DNA of 64,000 bases from a virus: positions 32,001 to 96,000 of IMG/VR virus record IMGVR_UViG_3300035698_016128. One strand, given 5' to 3'. The translations under genes and the position numbers were made by a program. Below the pieces are notes generated by a model that saw nothing but the letters and a program-made list of their open reading frames with translations, made no database searches and was not told the origin of the DNA. The stretch's first letter is position 1, and every line of letters begins with the position of its first letter. Below, in pieces: positions 1-9,738 of this stretch.

Positions 1-3000
1 GCAACGAGCGCTTCTGCCTTATATACTTTCTCCTGTGCTTTTTCGATTTTATCAAGATCAGCACCAGAATCAACAAGGTCATCATAGCTCTGCCGTGCGT
101 CCTTGACCTTATCCCGAAGATCAACCAGATTTTCAGTAAGCTTCTTTGTTTCCGCTGCAAACTTCAGGCCGGAAGAAACGCCAAGGTCGAACATACCGGC
201 AAGCCGCCTGACACTCTCAACGCCGTTGAGTTGTATATTTGTAAGTTCAAGATTCATCTCACGTAATGATTCCGTAACCGTATAAATCTCATTTGATACT
301 GATTGCAACTCCTGTGTTAATTTCTTCTGTGCTTCAAGCGCAGTCTCGCCAGAACGCTTCCACCACTCTTCGAATTCGGGTAGCGTTGTCTGATTCGCAT
401 GCGCGAGAAGTTCATTTAATACTTCAGTATAAGAAGCAAGATTCGACCAAGCCGTTCCAATCTCGGCAGTAGAAGCCGTGGCACTTGTTTTTAACTCCTC
501 ATGCTTTACTTTTGCACCAGCAACCATCATACCGTATTTTTCTATTGCAGCCTCATTTGCAAGCGCACCCTCATATACATTATTAAGCCCCTCGACAGCG
601 GCCTTAGTTGAATCTACAAGATTACGCCTCATGACATCATCAAGTCGCTCAGTGGCGGCGGCAGTGTTGCCAATTCCCGTTGCGAGTGCATTGTAAATTT
701 CTATGCCATAGCGGACATTGGCGACGTAACCAACAAAGGAAGAAGCGAGCTCAACATTCTCCTCCTGCTTATCAAGCAGGCGTTCATATGCGCCAAGCCA
801 TGCATCAACTGCGCCCTTAGCTTCTTTGAGAAGCTTATTAAGCTCCTTCTGTTTCTCTTCACCTAGATCTGCGTATTCAAGATTTTCAAACTGCGCAAGC
901 GCATTCTCCCTGTACTGCCGTAAGATATCAACATTGATCGCCCGCTCCCTACCTAGGATAGCTGTGCGTCCAATCAATGTTTCGTTAATATGCTGAGCAA
1001 TAATCTGCATCTCACCCATTGCGCCGACGTAGTCTTCTAAGCCGCCAAGCTTGGCACCAAAGAGTTGCTCGTTAGTCGCAATGAGTTCGCTTGCTATAAT
1101 ATGGTAGCCAATGAGATCGCCAGTAATATTCTCAACGCCTTTTTCTGTTTCATTCATCCCTGCTCGCATTTTAGCAAATGATTGGCGAGTATCATCGGTA
1201 GTAGCCGTAAGCCTCTTCCATATATAAATACCTCCAGCGACTATAGCCGCTAGCACGAGAAGCGCAGCACCGACCCAACCAAGCGACACGACAAGACCAG
1301 CCCAAACAACCTTGGCGACCCAAATGAGGACATTGGCAAAATTCTGCAACACAGTAATGAATCTGAGAAGGCTTGCGGATAAGCCTGTAAATAGACCAGT
1401 AAGACCCGCTGTCTCAAATAACTTTATAGCCGCCGCCGCTCTAATAACAGCGCCCTGTAAAATTTTAAAATGAAGAATGACCATGCCGATGACTTTTATT
1501 AACATATACATACCAGCAACAGCGGCAACGATTTGAAGTATATCCCCAAGCTTGCCAGTTGACCCAAGGGCGTTATTCAAACGCTCAAAGCCCTGTACAA
1601 GAAAGTTAACTCCCTTGACCAACTCAACTACAATATGAACAGGGATAGCAAACAGATTCTTTACAAGAAGGACTAGTGCCTGATTCGCTCTCGCAAACAC
1701 GGCGGCAGGAGCAGCAAGCATAATCTCTGCCATCTCACGAGCAGCACCTTCGGCGGAGTACTTAAGCCTATCCACATTTTTTACCAAAACATCGTAATTT
1801 ATAGCAAGCGCAATCATGGACTTAGAACCACGAAGACCCATTCTATCAAACACCACACCTAATTGTTCCACAGAGAGGTATCCGGATGGATCATTAAGCG
1901 CCTCGTTCAACTGCCGAAAGATATCTAAAATCTGTATAGGCTTTTCTGGATCAATATCTATATCAAAAGCTTCCGCAAATTTTCTAGGAGTTTTGGCTAT
2001 TCTGGAAATAAGACTCTGAAAAGAACGACCAGCAATACCAGCTTTTATCAAGTGATCGTTCAGGGTGGCGAGTATACCGACGAGTTCGGTAAAGGAAATA
2101 CCAACTGCCACGGATGTCGCCAAACTGTACTTAAGCCCATCAACCATCTCGTTCATTTCAATCTGGTGCCTGTCAAATGCTTTCACAAGCACATCGTTAA
2201 TGGCTACAAATTTTTCAGTCAAAGTTATATTATCAGTAAGAGCTCCAGATAATTTTGTGGATGCACCAACGAAAACAATCGTGCCATCTGAAGCTCTCTT
2301 GATAGAATCTTTCATGTTGTTGTAGACACCGGCAATAAGCTTCGTAACAGTCGTCACATCAGACTCAGTACCGACCATCACATCCATACTCGTTGTGAGA
2401 GCAGCGATTGCCTCCTCAGCACTCAAGCCAGCGCTACCCAACTGGTACAGAACCTCATTGACTTGCTTTGCAGTTTGCCCTGTCCTAACCATCTCACTGT
2501 TCACAGCGCCATAAGCCTGCTCTAGAGCTTCTGACAGCGCAATCACTTCAGGATACAAGACACGCACAGAACGTGCGAACTCGTTATCAACATTAACGGC
2601 CTGACCTATGAGGTCAACGAATTTATACATGGGGCCAAAGATAAGTCCAAAGCCAGCGACCCACGCCGCCTGACTGATCAGCATGGCTTTGAACCCTTGG
2701 GTAGTCGTACGGGCGGTAGCCTTTGCTACGTCGCCCATCTTCGCAATCGACTTGCTTCCCTTCTTTGCGGCAGCACTTGTCTTCGTCATGGCTCCGGTAA
2801 GCCCAGTGACAGAACCTTGGAGTTTAACAACCTTCTTATCGAGATTTGCGTGCGACGTGCCAAGTGTCTTTAAGGTAGTTGCGAGTTTCTTTGCTGCGGC
2901 GGCTTCAGCATTGGCGGCTTCAGCCGTTTTCTTCATGCCAGTTGCCGAGGTTGTAGAAGCCTTGTTGAGAATTTCAGCTTCCTTCACCAAGCCAGCGGCG

Positions 3001-3074
3001 GCATCTCGAACGGCGCGAATCTCTTTTACGGCATCCTGCACTGCCTTAATTTTTAGAAGTAATTCTTTTTCCAT
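1..3074 (-). CDS. Tail tape measure protein (TP901-like), 3' end runs off the window
   Basis: Read manually on the minus strand from ATG at 3074 (MEKELLLKIKAVQDAVKEIRAVRDAAAGLV...). It is Ala/Lys-rich and helical with a TP901-like core (QVNEVLYQLGSAGLSAEEAIAAL) and lies directly downstream of the tail chaperones. It is absent from the ORF track, presumably because it is open at the window edge. Confidence 0.9.
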   Translation of the reverse strand, partial: MEKELLLKIKAVQDAVKEIRAVRDAAAGLVKEAEILNKASTTSATGMKKTAEAANAEAAAAKKLATTLKTLGTSHANLDKKVVKLQGSVTGLTGAMTKTSAAAKKGSKSIAKMGDVAKATARTTTQGFKAMLISQAAWVAGFGLIFGPMYKFVDLIGQAVNVDNEFARSVRVLYPEVIALSEALEQAYGAVNSEMVRTGQTAKQVNEVLYQLGSAGLSAEEAIAALTTSMDVMVGTESDVTTVTKLIAGVYNNMKDSIKRASDGTIVFVGASTKLSGALTDNITLTEKFVAINDVLVKAFDRHQIEMNEMVDGLKYSLATSVAVGISFTELVGILATLNDHLIKAGIAGRSFQSLISRIAKTPRKFAEAFDIDIDPEKPIQILDIFRQLNEALNDPSGYLSVEQLGVVFDRMGLRGSKSMIALAINYDVLVKNVDRLKYSAEGAAREMAEIMLAAPAAVFARANQALVLLVKNLFAIPVHIVVELVKGVNFLVQGFERLNNALGSTGKLGDILQIVAAVAGMYMLIKVIGMVILHFKILQGAVIRAAAAIKLFETAGLTGLFTGLSASLLRFITVLQNFANVLIWVAKVVWAGLVVSLGWVGAALLVLAAIVAGGIYIWKRLTATTDDTRQSFAKMRAGMNETEKGVENITGDLIGYHIIASELIATNEQLFGAKLGGLEDYVGAMGEMQIIAQHINETLIGRTAILGRERAINVDILRQYRENALAQFENLEYADLGEEKQKELNKLLKEAKGAVDAWLGAYERLLDKQEENVELASSFVGYVANVRYGIEIYNALATGIGNTAAATERLDDVMRRNLVDSTKAAVEGLNNVYEGALANEAAIEKYGMMVAGAKVKHEELKTSATASTAEIGTAWSNLASYTEVLNELLAHANQTTLPEFEEWWKRSGETALEAQKKLTQELQSVSNEIYTVTESLREMNLELTNIQLNGVESVRRLAGMFDLGVSSGLKFAAETKKLTENLVDLRDKVKDARQSYDDLVDSGADLDKIEKAQEKVYKAEALV

Positions 3075-3098
3075 TCTTTCCCGCCCCGAATGCGTCTG

Positions 3099-3644
3099 TT
3101 ATCGCTTCGCTGTGTGCGGACGGGACTTGAACCCCTTCCCACCGGAAGGTTGACTATGAGAAATACTCTGTGGTCGCTTGTCTTCGTATTCTGATCTGAC
3201 TTGCTGTTGCTCCGTGACGACTAAACCTCTGACTTCAAAGTAATAGTTCGTCTCATCAAGCAACCCACCACCACACGGCGTACTGCCACTTTCCTCAGAC
3301 CAGTTTACAAGCTTTACAAGATAAACCGTGTTAGGGTCTATCCTTCTCATCGGGCAACGCCAAACACGATACTTCTTTCCGATTACAAGCTCAAAGATCG
3401 GCTTCAAGACCTTTTTGCATTCGGGGCATAGAGCCTTACCAGTTTCCTTACTTATTGCTTGATCACCGTACTTTACCTGTCCGTGCCTAGCGCACTCCCC
3501 AATGACTTCGCCACCACAATTCCTCGTCTTGTCAAGTCCCTTGCTCTTACACACTTCACAATCATACGAAGCACTGGATTTGTTGTGTTCCAAGAATGCG
3601 GCCCACCGAATTGCTAATCGGAGGTCCGCTTCTTCTCTTCCCCC
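3099..3644 (-). CDS. Tail assembly chaperone, frameshift extension (GT-like), Cys-rich
   Basis: The -1 frame relative to the upstream chaperone is open from the GGGGGAA site (EEADLRLAIRWAAFLEHNKSSASYDCEVC...) and has no good start of its own. It lies between chaperone and tape measure and carries several CxxC motifs. Confidence 0.7.
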   Translation of the reverse strand, partial: GGREEADLRLAIRWAAFLEHNKSSASYDCEVCKSKGLDKTRNCGGEVIGECARHGQVKYGDQAISKETGKALCPECKKVLKPIFELVIGKKYRVWRCPMRRIDPNTVYLVKLVNWSEESGSTPCGGGLLDETNYYFEVRGLVVTEQQQVRSEYEDKRPQSISHSQPSGGKGFKSRPHTAKR

Positions 3645-4039
3645 AACTTCGACTCTCCCCGGATATACTCTGCCAGCTCAATGCGGGCGCTCGGGGGGAT
3701 CTTGTCGATGTTTGTCAGCATGATACGGCGATGCTCATGGATGGTAGTGCCACCGGGTTCTTCGAATGCAACGACTTCACCGCCGTCGAAAACAAAGTTG
3801 TCCCAGCCCTGAAGACCGATGACGAGAGTTTCAAGCGCCTGCGAGCCGGTTACAATCCGTTCCTTACGCTCATCCCCTGTGCCGTCGATTTGGTACAGGT
3901 CATTCTGAATCTCCGCATACTCGATTGAGGAGAGAAAGCGAACCTTCCAGATAACCTGATCATCAGGTGCATCATCCTTCTGGCTCCTCAGAATGAACTC
4001 ATGCTTCTGCCCTGCTTTTACACCTAGAATCTTACCCAT
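3614..4039 (-). CDS. Tail assembly chaperone (G-like)
   Basis: Located between tail tube and tape measure. GGAGG RBS 9 nt before ATG 4039 (MGKILGVKAG...). The track start at 4255 is probably too far upstream. Confidence 0.75.
   Translation of the reverse strand: MGKILGVKAGQKHEFILRSQKDDAPDDQVIWKVRFLSSIEYAEIQNDLYQIDGTGDERKERIVTGSQALETLVIGLQGWDNFVFDGGEVVAFEEPGGTTIHEHRRIMLTNIDKIPPSARIELAEYIRGESKLGEEKKRTSD
3638..3644 (-). other. Programmed -1 frameshift slippery site GGGGGAA
   Basis: Minus strand AAG TTG GGG GAA GAG; a -1 shift enters the downstream open frame. This is the canonical position for the tail chaperone frameshift. Confidence 0.7.
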
Positions 4040-4270
4040 GGCTTCGAACCTCCGTTTGTCGAATGCGACTTCGCCAACCCATTTGACGAGCCATTTATAC
4101 ATTTTCCAGAAAAGCTTCCAGTACCACACGTGAAGCCTTCCCTTCCTAGTTCCAAGCATAGAATAACATAGTAGGCATCCAAAGATCAAGGATATACATA
4201 CTATGATAAAAGGCATATAAAATAAGATACGTATAGCTAATAGAACCCTATTCATTTCTTAGCCCCTGAC

Positions 4271-4302
4271 AAAAAGGTGGGGAGGCCCGTTAAGGCCTCC
4301 CC
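4271..4302 (-). terminator. Rho-independent terminator after tail tube gene
   Basis: GGGGAGGCC-CGTTAA-GGCCTCCCC 9-bp stem, followed on the minus strand by a T-tract. Confidence 0.75.
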
Positions 4303-4336
4303 GGATGAAGAAAGCGCGAGGGGGTGCGCGGTGTGC

Positions 4337-6340
4337 TTACAGGTACGACGTGTTGTTGACCAGCGTGATACGAAGCTCGGGAATGTCATTCGTATCATCA
4401 TACAGAGCAACGTAGGGCATATCGACCGTGATGATCCCCTCATCAGCGATGGTGGGGGTAGCGCCGTTAAACTCGATGTTCGGCTGGCGGATGGCCAGAC
4501 TGAACTGCGAGCTGCTGTTTCCGAGTGCGGCGTAATCATCGTTGTCGATATACTCGTCGCTTGTGAAGGTCATGACCAAGTTGCCAGACGTGCCATTGAC
4601 GAAGCGCCGGTACAGGTCCAGGTCATCAAACTCGATGGTAACCGTACCGTCGACCGTTCTGCGCTGTTCAGGCAGGCTCGCCCTGACCTTGCTCCCAAGG
4701 TGGTACTTGTCAGCGTACAGGTTGTTGTTCAAGGTGCCGTTCCACCCCATGATAGGCTGAGCATCACCATCGATGGTCAACGCCCCATCAAAGCCAGCGA
4801 ACGGGTCCAACGACGCATAGGTTGCACCGGATTCCTCTTCCTTGTAGGTATAGAGAACCCACTTGTCGCCGATGATCAAGGCGGCAGTATCGGGAAAGAA
4901 AATGGTGAAGCCGGTATCAACGTTTGCGGCAACACGTGCTTCTGTGGCAGTCGTTGCGCTGGTGGTATAAGTGTCCCCATACGTAGCGCCATCATCAACA
5001 CTGAACTTGATGGTCGCCGTGCCAGGAATGCCACCGAGAACGATTTCCGCCAGAACTTCCGTTGCCACACCAGAATCGGTACCGATGTAATCACCCCACG
5101 TAACCGGAGACGAAACCACATCATCCGTGTCAAACAGGAACAGCGTAGTCTCCGTGGTTGACTTGATGGAGGTTGGGCCTGCCGTAACGAGGTAACTTGA
5201 ATCGGCATCCATTTCCGTGTAGTCTGACATCGTGCAGACGATGTAACTCAGGTCATCCAGGAAATCCACAAGTCCACCAACCGTATGCACAGGATACACC
5301 CGACCATCATCAGGATCTTGCCACGGAATGCTGATGTCCAGCACGAGATCTTCAGTCGCAGTCGCGCTGTTGATAATAAGCTGGTGATTTGTGTTGTCAA
5401 TCTCCAACGTACAGGTTGCGCCCTCACCCGAATATCGGATTTCAAAGGCATCCTTCGCACATCCAGTGTTTGAAGAGTTCGGCGTAGCCCTCGACGCAGT
5501 GGTTCCACCGGAACCCATCAGGCCAAGAACACCGCCCAGGATTTCCCCGGTGTCAGCGGTCAACGCCAGCGTGTTCACCTTACAGCCATTGTAGGTGAAG
5601 GCCGCCACATCCCTGCCGAACTCCCAGGTCATACCGGGGGGCAGTGTGGGCGAGGCATCAATCTGATGCGAATACACACCCCAACCAAAGCAGATCAGAA
5701 TGTTTTTGGTCGCGGTACTCTGGATGAGTTCCACAGCCGCCACAGCCTCAAGCTGATTGGTGTTGTCGGCTGCGCTCGCATAGTCAGCCGCCTGAAGATC
5801 TTCGAGAACACCGCTTGCAGCGTAGCTGGAAGGACTGTAGGCCGCAAGCCCCGTACCGGCTTCGTTGATGGCATCCATGAGTTCCTGAATGGTGTCAGCG
5901 GTGGAATCACCAAGGGCAATGTCCACGCCAGCGCCAGTACCGCCAGTGATGACCACGGCGAAGTTGGTTGCCAATCCGGTAAGGCCAACCGTAACGGTAA
6001 GCTCTGCGCTGGTTGAAGCCGCATCCGTAACCAGAAGGGCAAACGCACTGTCCACCCGTGATGTCTCGACAGACCCAAGGGCATGCTTGAAGATCTGCCC
6101 GTAGCCATCTGCCGATACCTCGAAGTTGATATCTCCACCAGCCGATTCAACGCCACTGATCCGCTTGTGAACAGCACGGTCAGAGCGCATAGCCTCAGAG
6201 ATTAACGACCCGAGTTCACTCACCATCGTTTCTCCGGTGAACTCGATGAAAAACTTGGGCGTCGGTTGCTTCTTTCCCCAGATTCCTTCCTGAGAAAAAC
6301 CCAACTGCCCCCTTGCACCAGTTGCAGGCCCAGTTGACAT
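4337..6340 (-). CDS. Major tail (tube) protein with large internal insertions
   Basis: The N-terminus (ARGQLGFSQEGIWGK...GGDINFEVSADGYGQIFKHALG) and C-terminus (NNNLYADKYHLGS...RRTVDGTVTIEFDD...ITLVN) resemble the siphovirus Phage_tube_2-type family by motif recall. At 667 aa it is about twice the usual length. Confidence 0.75.
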   Translation of the reverse strand: MSTGPATGARGQLGFSQEGIWGKKQPTPKFFIEFTGETMVSELGSLISEAMRSDRAVHKRISGVESAGGDINFEVSADGYGQIFKHALGSVETSRVDSAFALLVTDAASTSAELTVTVGLTGLATNFAVVITGGTGAGVDIALGDSTADTIQELMDAINEAGTGLAAYSPSSYAASGVLEDLQAADYASAADNTNQLEAVAAVELIQSTATKNILICFGWGVYSHQIDASPTLPPGMTWEFGRDVAAFTYNGCKVNTLALTADTGEILGGVLGLMGSGGTTASRATPNSSNTGCAKDAFEIRYSGEGATCTLEIDNTNHQLIINSATATEDLVLDISIPWQDPDDGRVYPVHTVGGLVDFLDDLSYIVCTMSDYTEMDADSSYLVTAGPTSIKSTTETTLFLFDTDDVVSSPVTWGDYIGTDSGVATEVLAEIVLGGIPGTATIKFSVDDGATYGDTYTTSATTATEARVAANVDTGFTIFFPDTAALIIGDKWVLYTYKEEESGATYASLDPFAGFDGALTIDGDAQPIMGWNGTLNNNLYADKYHLGSKVRASLPEQRRTVDGTVTIEFDDLDLYRRFVNGTSGNLVMTFTSDEYIDNDDYAALGNSSSQFSLAIRQPNIEFNGATPTIADEGIITVDMPYVALYDDTNDIPELRITLVNNTSYL

Positions 6341-6374
6341 TGTTTATACCTCCTTCTATTTAAGGATTACCCCT

Positions 6375-6863
6375 TCAGTCAGCACTCACTACTTGGTGGA
6401 GTTTATGTAGCCTCACTCTTACAGTCCCAGCCGCGATTACTTTCTGCCCTATAACCTGCGGTGCGTATTCCGACGATAAAACTTCGCAACCAAGCTGGGG
6501 ACAGAAGCCATTGACAGTAACGTGTTGCATGAACATTTGGGCGATCCGCCAAACCACTCTCATAACATCACGCTTCCTCGTCCTCTCATTTTGTTCTTCA
6601 TGATAATAAACAAGGGCCACATCAATGTCAACCGTGTAACGTGTGCTTGTCCTACCACTCCACGCTCGGCTTATAGTAGTGAACCCCTCTATGTCAATCG
6701 CGACAGATTGATTCTTTGGCATGATGTTGGTGCTTTCTGCATAAATCTCTGTGAGACGCACCCCAAGCTCATCCTTCTGGTACAACCGCAAGAGCTCCGT
6801 AATATTCGCCCTTGCGTTGTCCATCAGATTCTCAAGGCTACCAAGATCTATGTCGCGAGCCAT
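6375..6863 (-). CDS. Tail terminator/completion protein (putative)
   Basis: 162 aa, immediately upstream of the tube gene in the neck/tail block; beta-rich pattern. Confidence 0.55.
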   Translation of the reverse strand: MARDIDLGSLENLMDNARANITELLRLYQKDELGVRLTEIYAESTNIMPKNQSVAIDIEGFTTISRAWSGRTSTRYTVDIDVALVYYHEEQNERTRKRDVMRVVWRIAQMFMQHVTVNGFCPQLGCEVLSSEYAPQVIGQKVIAAGTVRVRLHKLHQVVSAD

Positions 6864-6873
6864 CTCTTATTCC

Positions 6874-7380
6874 TTACTGCCCGATTGCTGCTGTGACACT
6901 TCTTATTACAGCGCCAAAAAAACTCTTTGCCATAAGGTCGCCCTGTTCCCTGTTGAAAGCAATCAACTCACGTCCGTATTTCTGCTTGAGCAACTTGGCA
7001 AAGTATATTGGGTAACGATTTTTAAAATAAGTCTCATCCACTCCGTAAAGCAAGGTCACTGCCTTTGGTGCTCTGATGATCTTGTTAATATTCCCTTCCG
7101 CGTTAGAACCAGAAGTAACCGCTTTTCTCAATGCGCCAGACTGCACCCCGAATGTGTAACCGCCCTTCCTCTTGTTCCAAGCAGAGTTACTTGGCAATCC
7201 GCTAAAAGACTGAAACCTATGTGCCATTACGGCAGGAATAACACTCTGGATAACCTGCATTTCAGCACTCAGATCTTGCAGAACCTTAAGCATTGAATCT
7301 AGCGCTCTGTCTAATTCAAGTCCTCCCTGTATTTCGAATGTAAATGAGATCACATTAGTTCCTTGTGTACCCTGTGTCAT
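6874..7380 (-). CDS. Neck/tail completion protein (HK97 gp10/Mu gpG-like, putative)
   Basis: Synteny plus the EIQGGLELDRALD and SGALRKAV motifs typical of this family. Confidence 0.5.
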   Translation of the reverse strand: MTQGTQGTNVISFTFEIQGGLELDRALDSMLKVLQDLSAEMQVIQSVIPAVMAHRFQSFSGLPSNSAWNKRKGGYTFGVQSGALRKAVTSGSNAEGNINKIIRAPKAVTLLYGVDETYFKNRYPIYFAKLLKQKYGRELIAFNREQGDLMAKSFFGAVIRSVTAAIGQ

Positions 7381-8119
7381 CCGTCACATCTTCATCCAAA
7401 TCTAACTTGCCCTCTTCAATCCCAGAAATACCAAGCTCGTTGAACAGGGTTGTTCTGCTTCTCCATGTTGGTGCACCAGCTATTGATTCCTTCACGTACC
7501 ACGCAAGGAAATCATCAACAGCCTGAATACCTTCTTCGTGCCATGCCACCTCTACAGGCGCTTGCTGATCAAAGATAGTACCAGCTAAGCAAGCGGTGTA
7601 GATATAATAAGCGGCGAGGCGTGTGGCCGCAAACTCTAAGCCTCCAGGAATATCAACCGCAAGATCGGCTTCCCACGGGATATTCGTAGAGTCCCCAAAT
7701 ACTGCACCAAGGCGATTGTTGATGTAATTTGACGCATCATCAATAAATGCGTTTGCGTCATCGACGCTGACATCGGAATCGCTTATAAAATGCACACTAT
7801 CCGTATCTTGGGGTATACCGGACCAGAAAGAGGGAGTAATTGTGAACTGAGTGCACGTGAACGCAACACCCGTACTCCCGGCCCCTAAATAGCCAACGTC
7901 CTCGCCGCTAACTTCGAAGTTGGTAGCGTCAGAAAAGGTTACCACGATTCGTTCATGACCTGAGTACGAATCAAGATAGCTCACATCGCTGAGCCTTGCG
8001 GTGCCAAGGTTCCCGGTATCATAACCGAGCTCCTGGTATGCCTCAGAAGTCTTGATCTTCTTATTGGCGGTTCTCAGAAGTCTTTTGACATTCTCAAGGG
8101 TGCAATAATCGCGAGCCAT
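7355..8119 (-). CDS. Head-tail adaptor (gp6/Mu gp36-like) with an inserted beta-rich segment
   Basis: N-terminal YCTLENVKRLL motif and DDASNYINNRLG...LEFAATRLAAYYIY core; follows the capsid genes. Confidence 0.65.
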   Translation of the reverse strand: MARDYCTLENVKRLLRTANKKIKTSEAYQELGYDTGNLGTARLSDVSYLDSYSGHERIVVTFSDATNFEVSGEDVGYLGAGSTGVAFTCTQFTITPSFWSGIPQDTDSVHFISDSDVSVDDANAFIDDASNYINNRLGAVFGDSTNIPWEADLAVDIPGGLEFAATRLAAYYIYTACLAGTIFDQQAPVEVAWHEEGIQAVDDFLAWYVKESIAGAPTWRSRTTLFNELGISGIEEGKLDLDEDVTDDTGYTRN

Positions 8120-8153
8120 ATTCTAGACCTCTCCTTCCAATCAGAAACGCGGG

Positions 8154-8399
8154 CTACTCGTCGTCATCCTCTTCCTCTTCCACAGCCCGTTTCTTCTTGG
8201 CCTTTTTCTTGCGCTTCTTTGCGGTCACCTCTTCCTGCTCTTCTTCGTCGTCAGCCCCCTCAAACTCCTCCACGTACCCGCCCTTGATTTCGGCCTCCGC
8301 GATTTCTTTCGGAAGATCAACAACATCTCCCATTTCCGGATAAAAATAGTCCTCACCGTTGTAGAGCTTGAGATCTTCTTTCGCAACGATTACCTTCAT
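8154..8399 (-). CDS. Small charged hypothetical protein after capsid
   Basis: RBS GAGGG before ATG 8399 (MKVIVAKEDL...); acidic and Lys-rich C-terminus. Confidence 0.6.
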   Translation of the reverse strand: MKVIVAKEDLKLYNGEDYFYPEMGDVVDLPKEIAEAEIKGGYVEEFEGADDEEEQEEVTAKKRKKKAKKKRAVEEEEDDDE

Positions 8400-8458
8400 G
8401 GTATTTCCCCTCGTACCTTCTATGGGTTTCCGCGCATACGCTATTCGCAAATCGCGAA

Positions 8459-8647
8459 TTAAGCCGTCTGGTCACCTACGACCACATACACCGTTCCGTC
8501 AGCCGAAAGCTGAAGCTTGCCATCGGAATCGAGGTACATACGCCCCTGAGTGACCGTGGGCGTGCTGGCCTGAACGTCCAAATCCAGATACTTGCGCACC
8601 CGGACTTTGTCCAACTTCGTTGTTCCCCAAAAGTAACGATCCGCCAT
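8459..8647 (-). CDS. Small virion protein (head fibre/decoration, putative)
   Basis: 62 aa, AGGAGG RBS, directly after the major capsid gene. Confidence 0.5.
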   Translation of the reverse strand: MADRYFWGTTKLDKVRVRKYLDLDVQASTPTVTQGRMYLDSDGKLQLSADGTVYVVVGDQTA

Positions 8648-8689
8648 GATGGTTCCTCCTTTGCAGGATTCCCGGTTAAGCCGGTATCA

Positions 8690-8709
8690 GGGGGGCCGTT
8701 AAGCCCCCC
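8690..8709 (-). terminator. GC-rich hairpin downstream of major capsid gene (terminator/stabiliser)
   Basis: GGGGGGC-CGTTAA-GCCCCCC; no clear T-tract. Confidence 0.45.
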
Positions 8710-8732
8710 CAATCCATAGCACCTCCACGCCG

Positions 8733-9659
8733 TTAGGCGCTCACACAGTTGGTGAAGATCCAGCCAGCAGAGAGCGTGGTGATCTTCGGTGAATAAACCT
8801 TGTTGACCTTGATGAACTCGCCTTCCCTGTCCTCATCCCGCCAGCGAGCAACCTTCTGCATTTTCGACACGAAGGTGCGCCCGAGGGTGAGGGGGTTGCG
8901 GGGATCGACGAAAGCCACGACCGCATTGTCGTTGATGACGTAGTCGTAACTCGCGTCAACGCCTTCATCGGCTTCGTTGACCAGCGCATCGGTGATAATG
9001 ACCTTCATGTTCCGCAGGGTGGGCGGAAGAGGGTCGCCGGTGATGGCCTGCGTGGTGTGGTACTTCAGAATTTCCATCATCTTGTCATCCTGCCCAACGG
9101 CTTCCGCGATCTGCGTGTTGAAGGAGATCAGATTCGGACGCTTCCCGATGGCCTTGGAAATGTTCAGGATGGAGGTGGAGAGATCACCCAGGATATCGGG
9201 GTTAGTTCCGTCCACCCACGCGGTCGTGGTGGTAAGCACGGTTCTGTACCCGGACTGGTTCAGGCCGGAGGAGCCGATGATCAGGAGCCACAGATCCAAT
9301 TCTTCCGAAAGCATGATCTTTTCGGTCAGGAACTCGGTGGCATCCATCTTCGGCTGTACCGGCGCATCCGCGTACTGCACGGCCCTGTCGGTCACGATGT
9401 CCTTGATGGCCCGCTCGTAACAGGAATACGTACCCTCGTCGTAACTGAGGGTCGCCTCTTCAGTCGACGCGCCATCCGCCTTCTTGGGCGCTCCCTTGAA
9501 GAAACCGTCCCGGTTGAAGATCCGGTATTTCCCGGTTTCTTTCGCAACCCGAAAATCGGGCAGGAAGTTCTTGGCGGTAAACTCGTTGTTGGTGTACTTG
9601 ATGGAAAGCTGAGTCAACACCTGATCGTTGTGAATGTATCCTTTTTGGACGTTAAACAT
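8733..9659 (-). CDS. Major capsid protein (HK97 fold, capsid-E-like)
   Basis: 308 aa with a DQVLTQLSIKYTN...FLPDFRVAKETGKY N-terminus and strong RBS; follows protease/scaffold and cement genes. Confidence 0.9.
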   Translation of the reverse strand: MFNVQKGYIHNDQVLTQLSIKYTNNEFTAKNFLPDFRVAKETGKYRIFNRDGFFKGAPKKADGASTEEATLSYDEGTYSCYERAIKDIVTDRAVQYADAPVQPKMDATEFLTEKIMLSEELDLWLLIIGSSGLNQSGYRTVLTTTTAWVDGTNPDILGDLSTSILNISKAIGKRPNLISFNTQIAEAVGQDDKMMEILKYHTTQAITGDPLPPTLRNMKVIITDALVNEADEGVDASYDYVINDNAVVAFVDPRNPLTLGRTFVSKMQKVARWRDEDREGEFIKVNKVYSPKITTLSAGWIFTNCVSA

Positions 9660-9738
9660 TGTTTTTTTTCCTCCTTCTCATTCCTTCAGGTTAAAGCAAC
9701 ACCAACGGAGATAGCGGGTCACCCCGCCCTATCATCCG

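Noticed and set aside
4040-4255. Hydrophobic 72-aa N-terminal extension of the tail chaperone in the ORF track
   Set aside because: A strong GGAGG RBS precedes ATG 4039, and tail chaperones lack TM segments. A separate role for the extension cannot be fully excluded.
4277-5161. Long plus-strand ORFs opposite structural genes (4277-5161, 9057-9827, 10218-10982) and 61152-61904 on the minus strand
   Set aside because: Antisense shadows of strongly codon-biased or low-complexity genes; no RBS or recognisable motifs.
4337-6340. Contractile tail sheath interpretation of the 667-aa protein
   Set aside because: Both termini match tube-type motifs; no separate tube gene lies next to it, and chaperone and tape measure follow directly.
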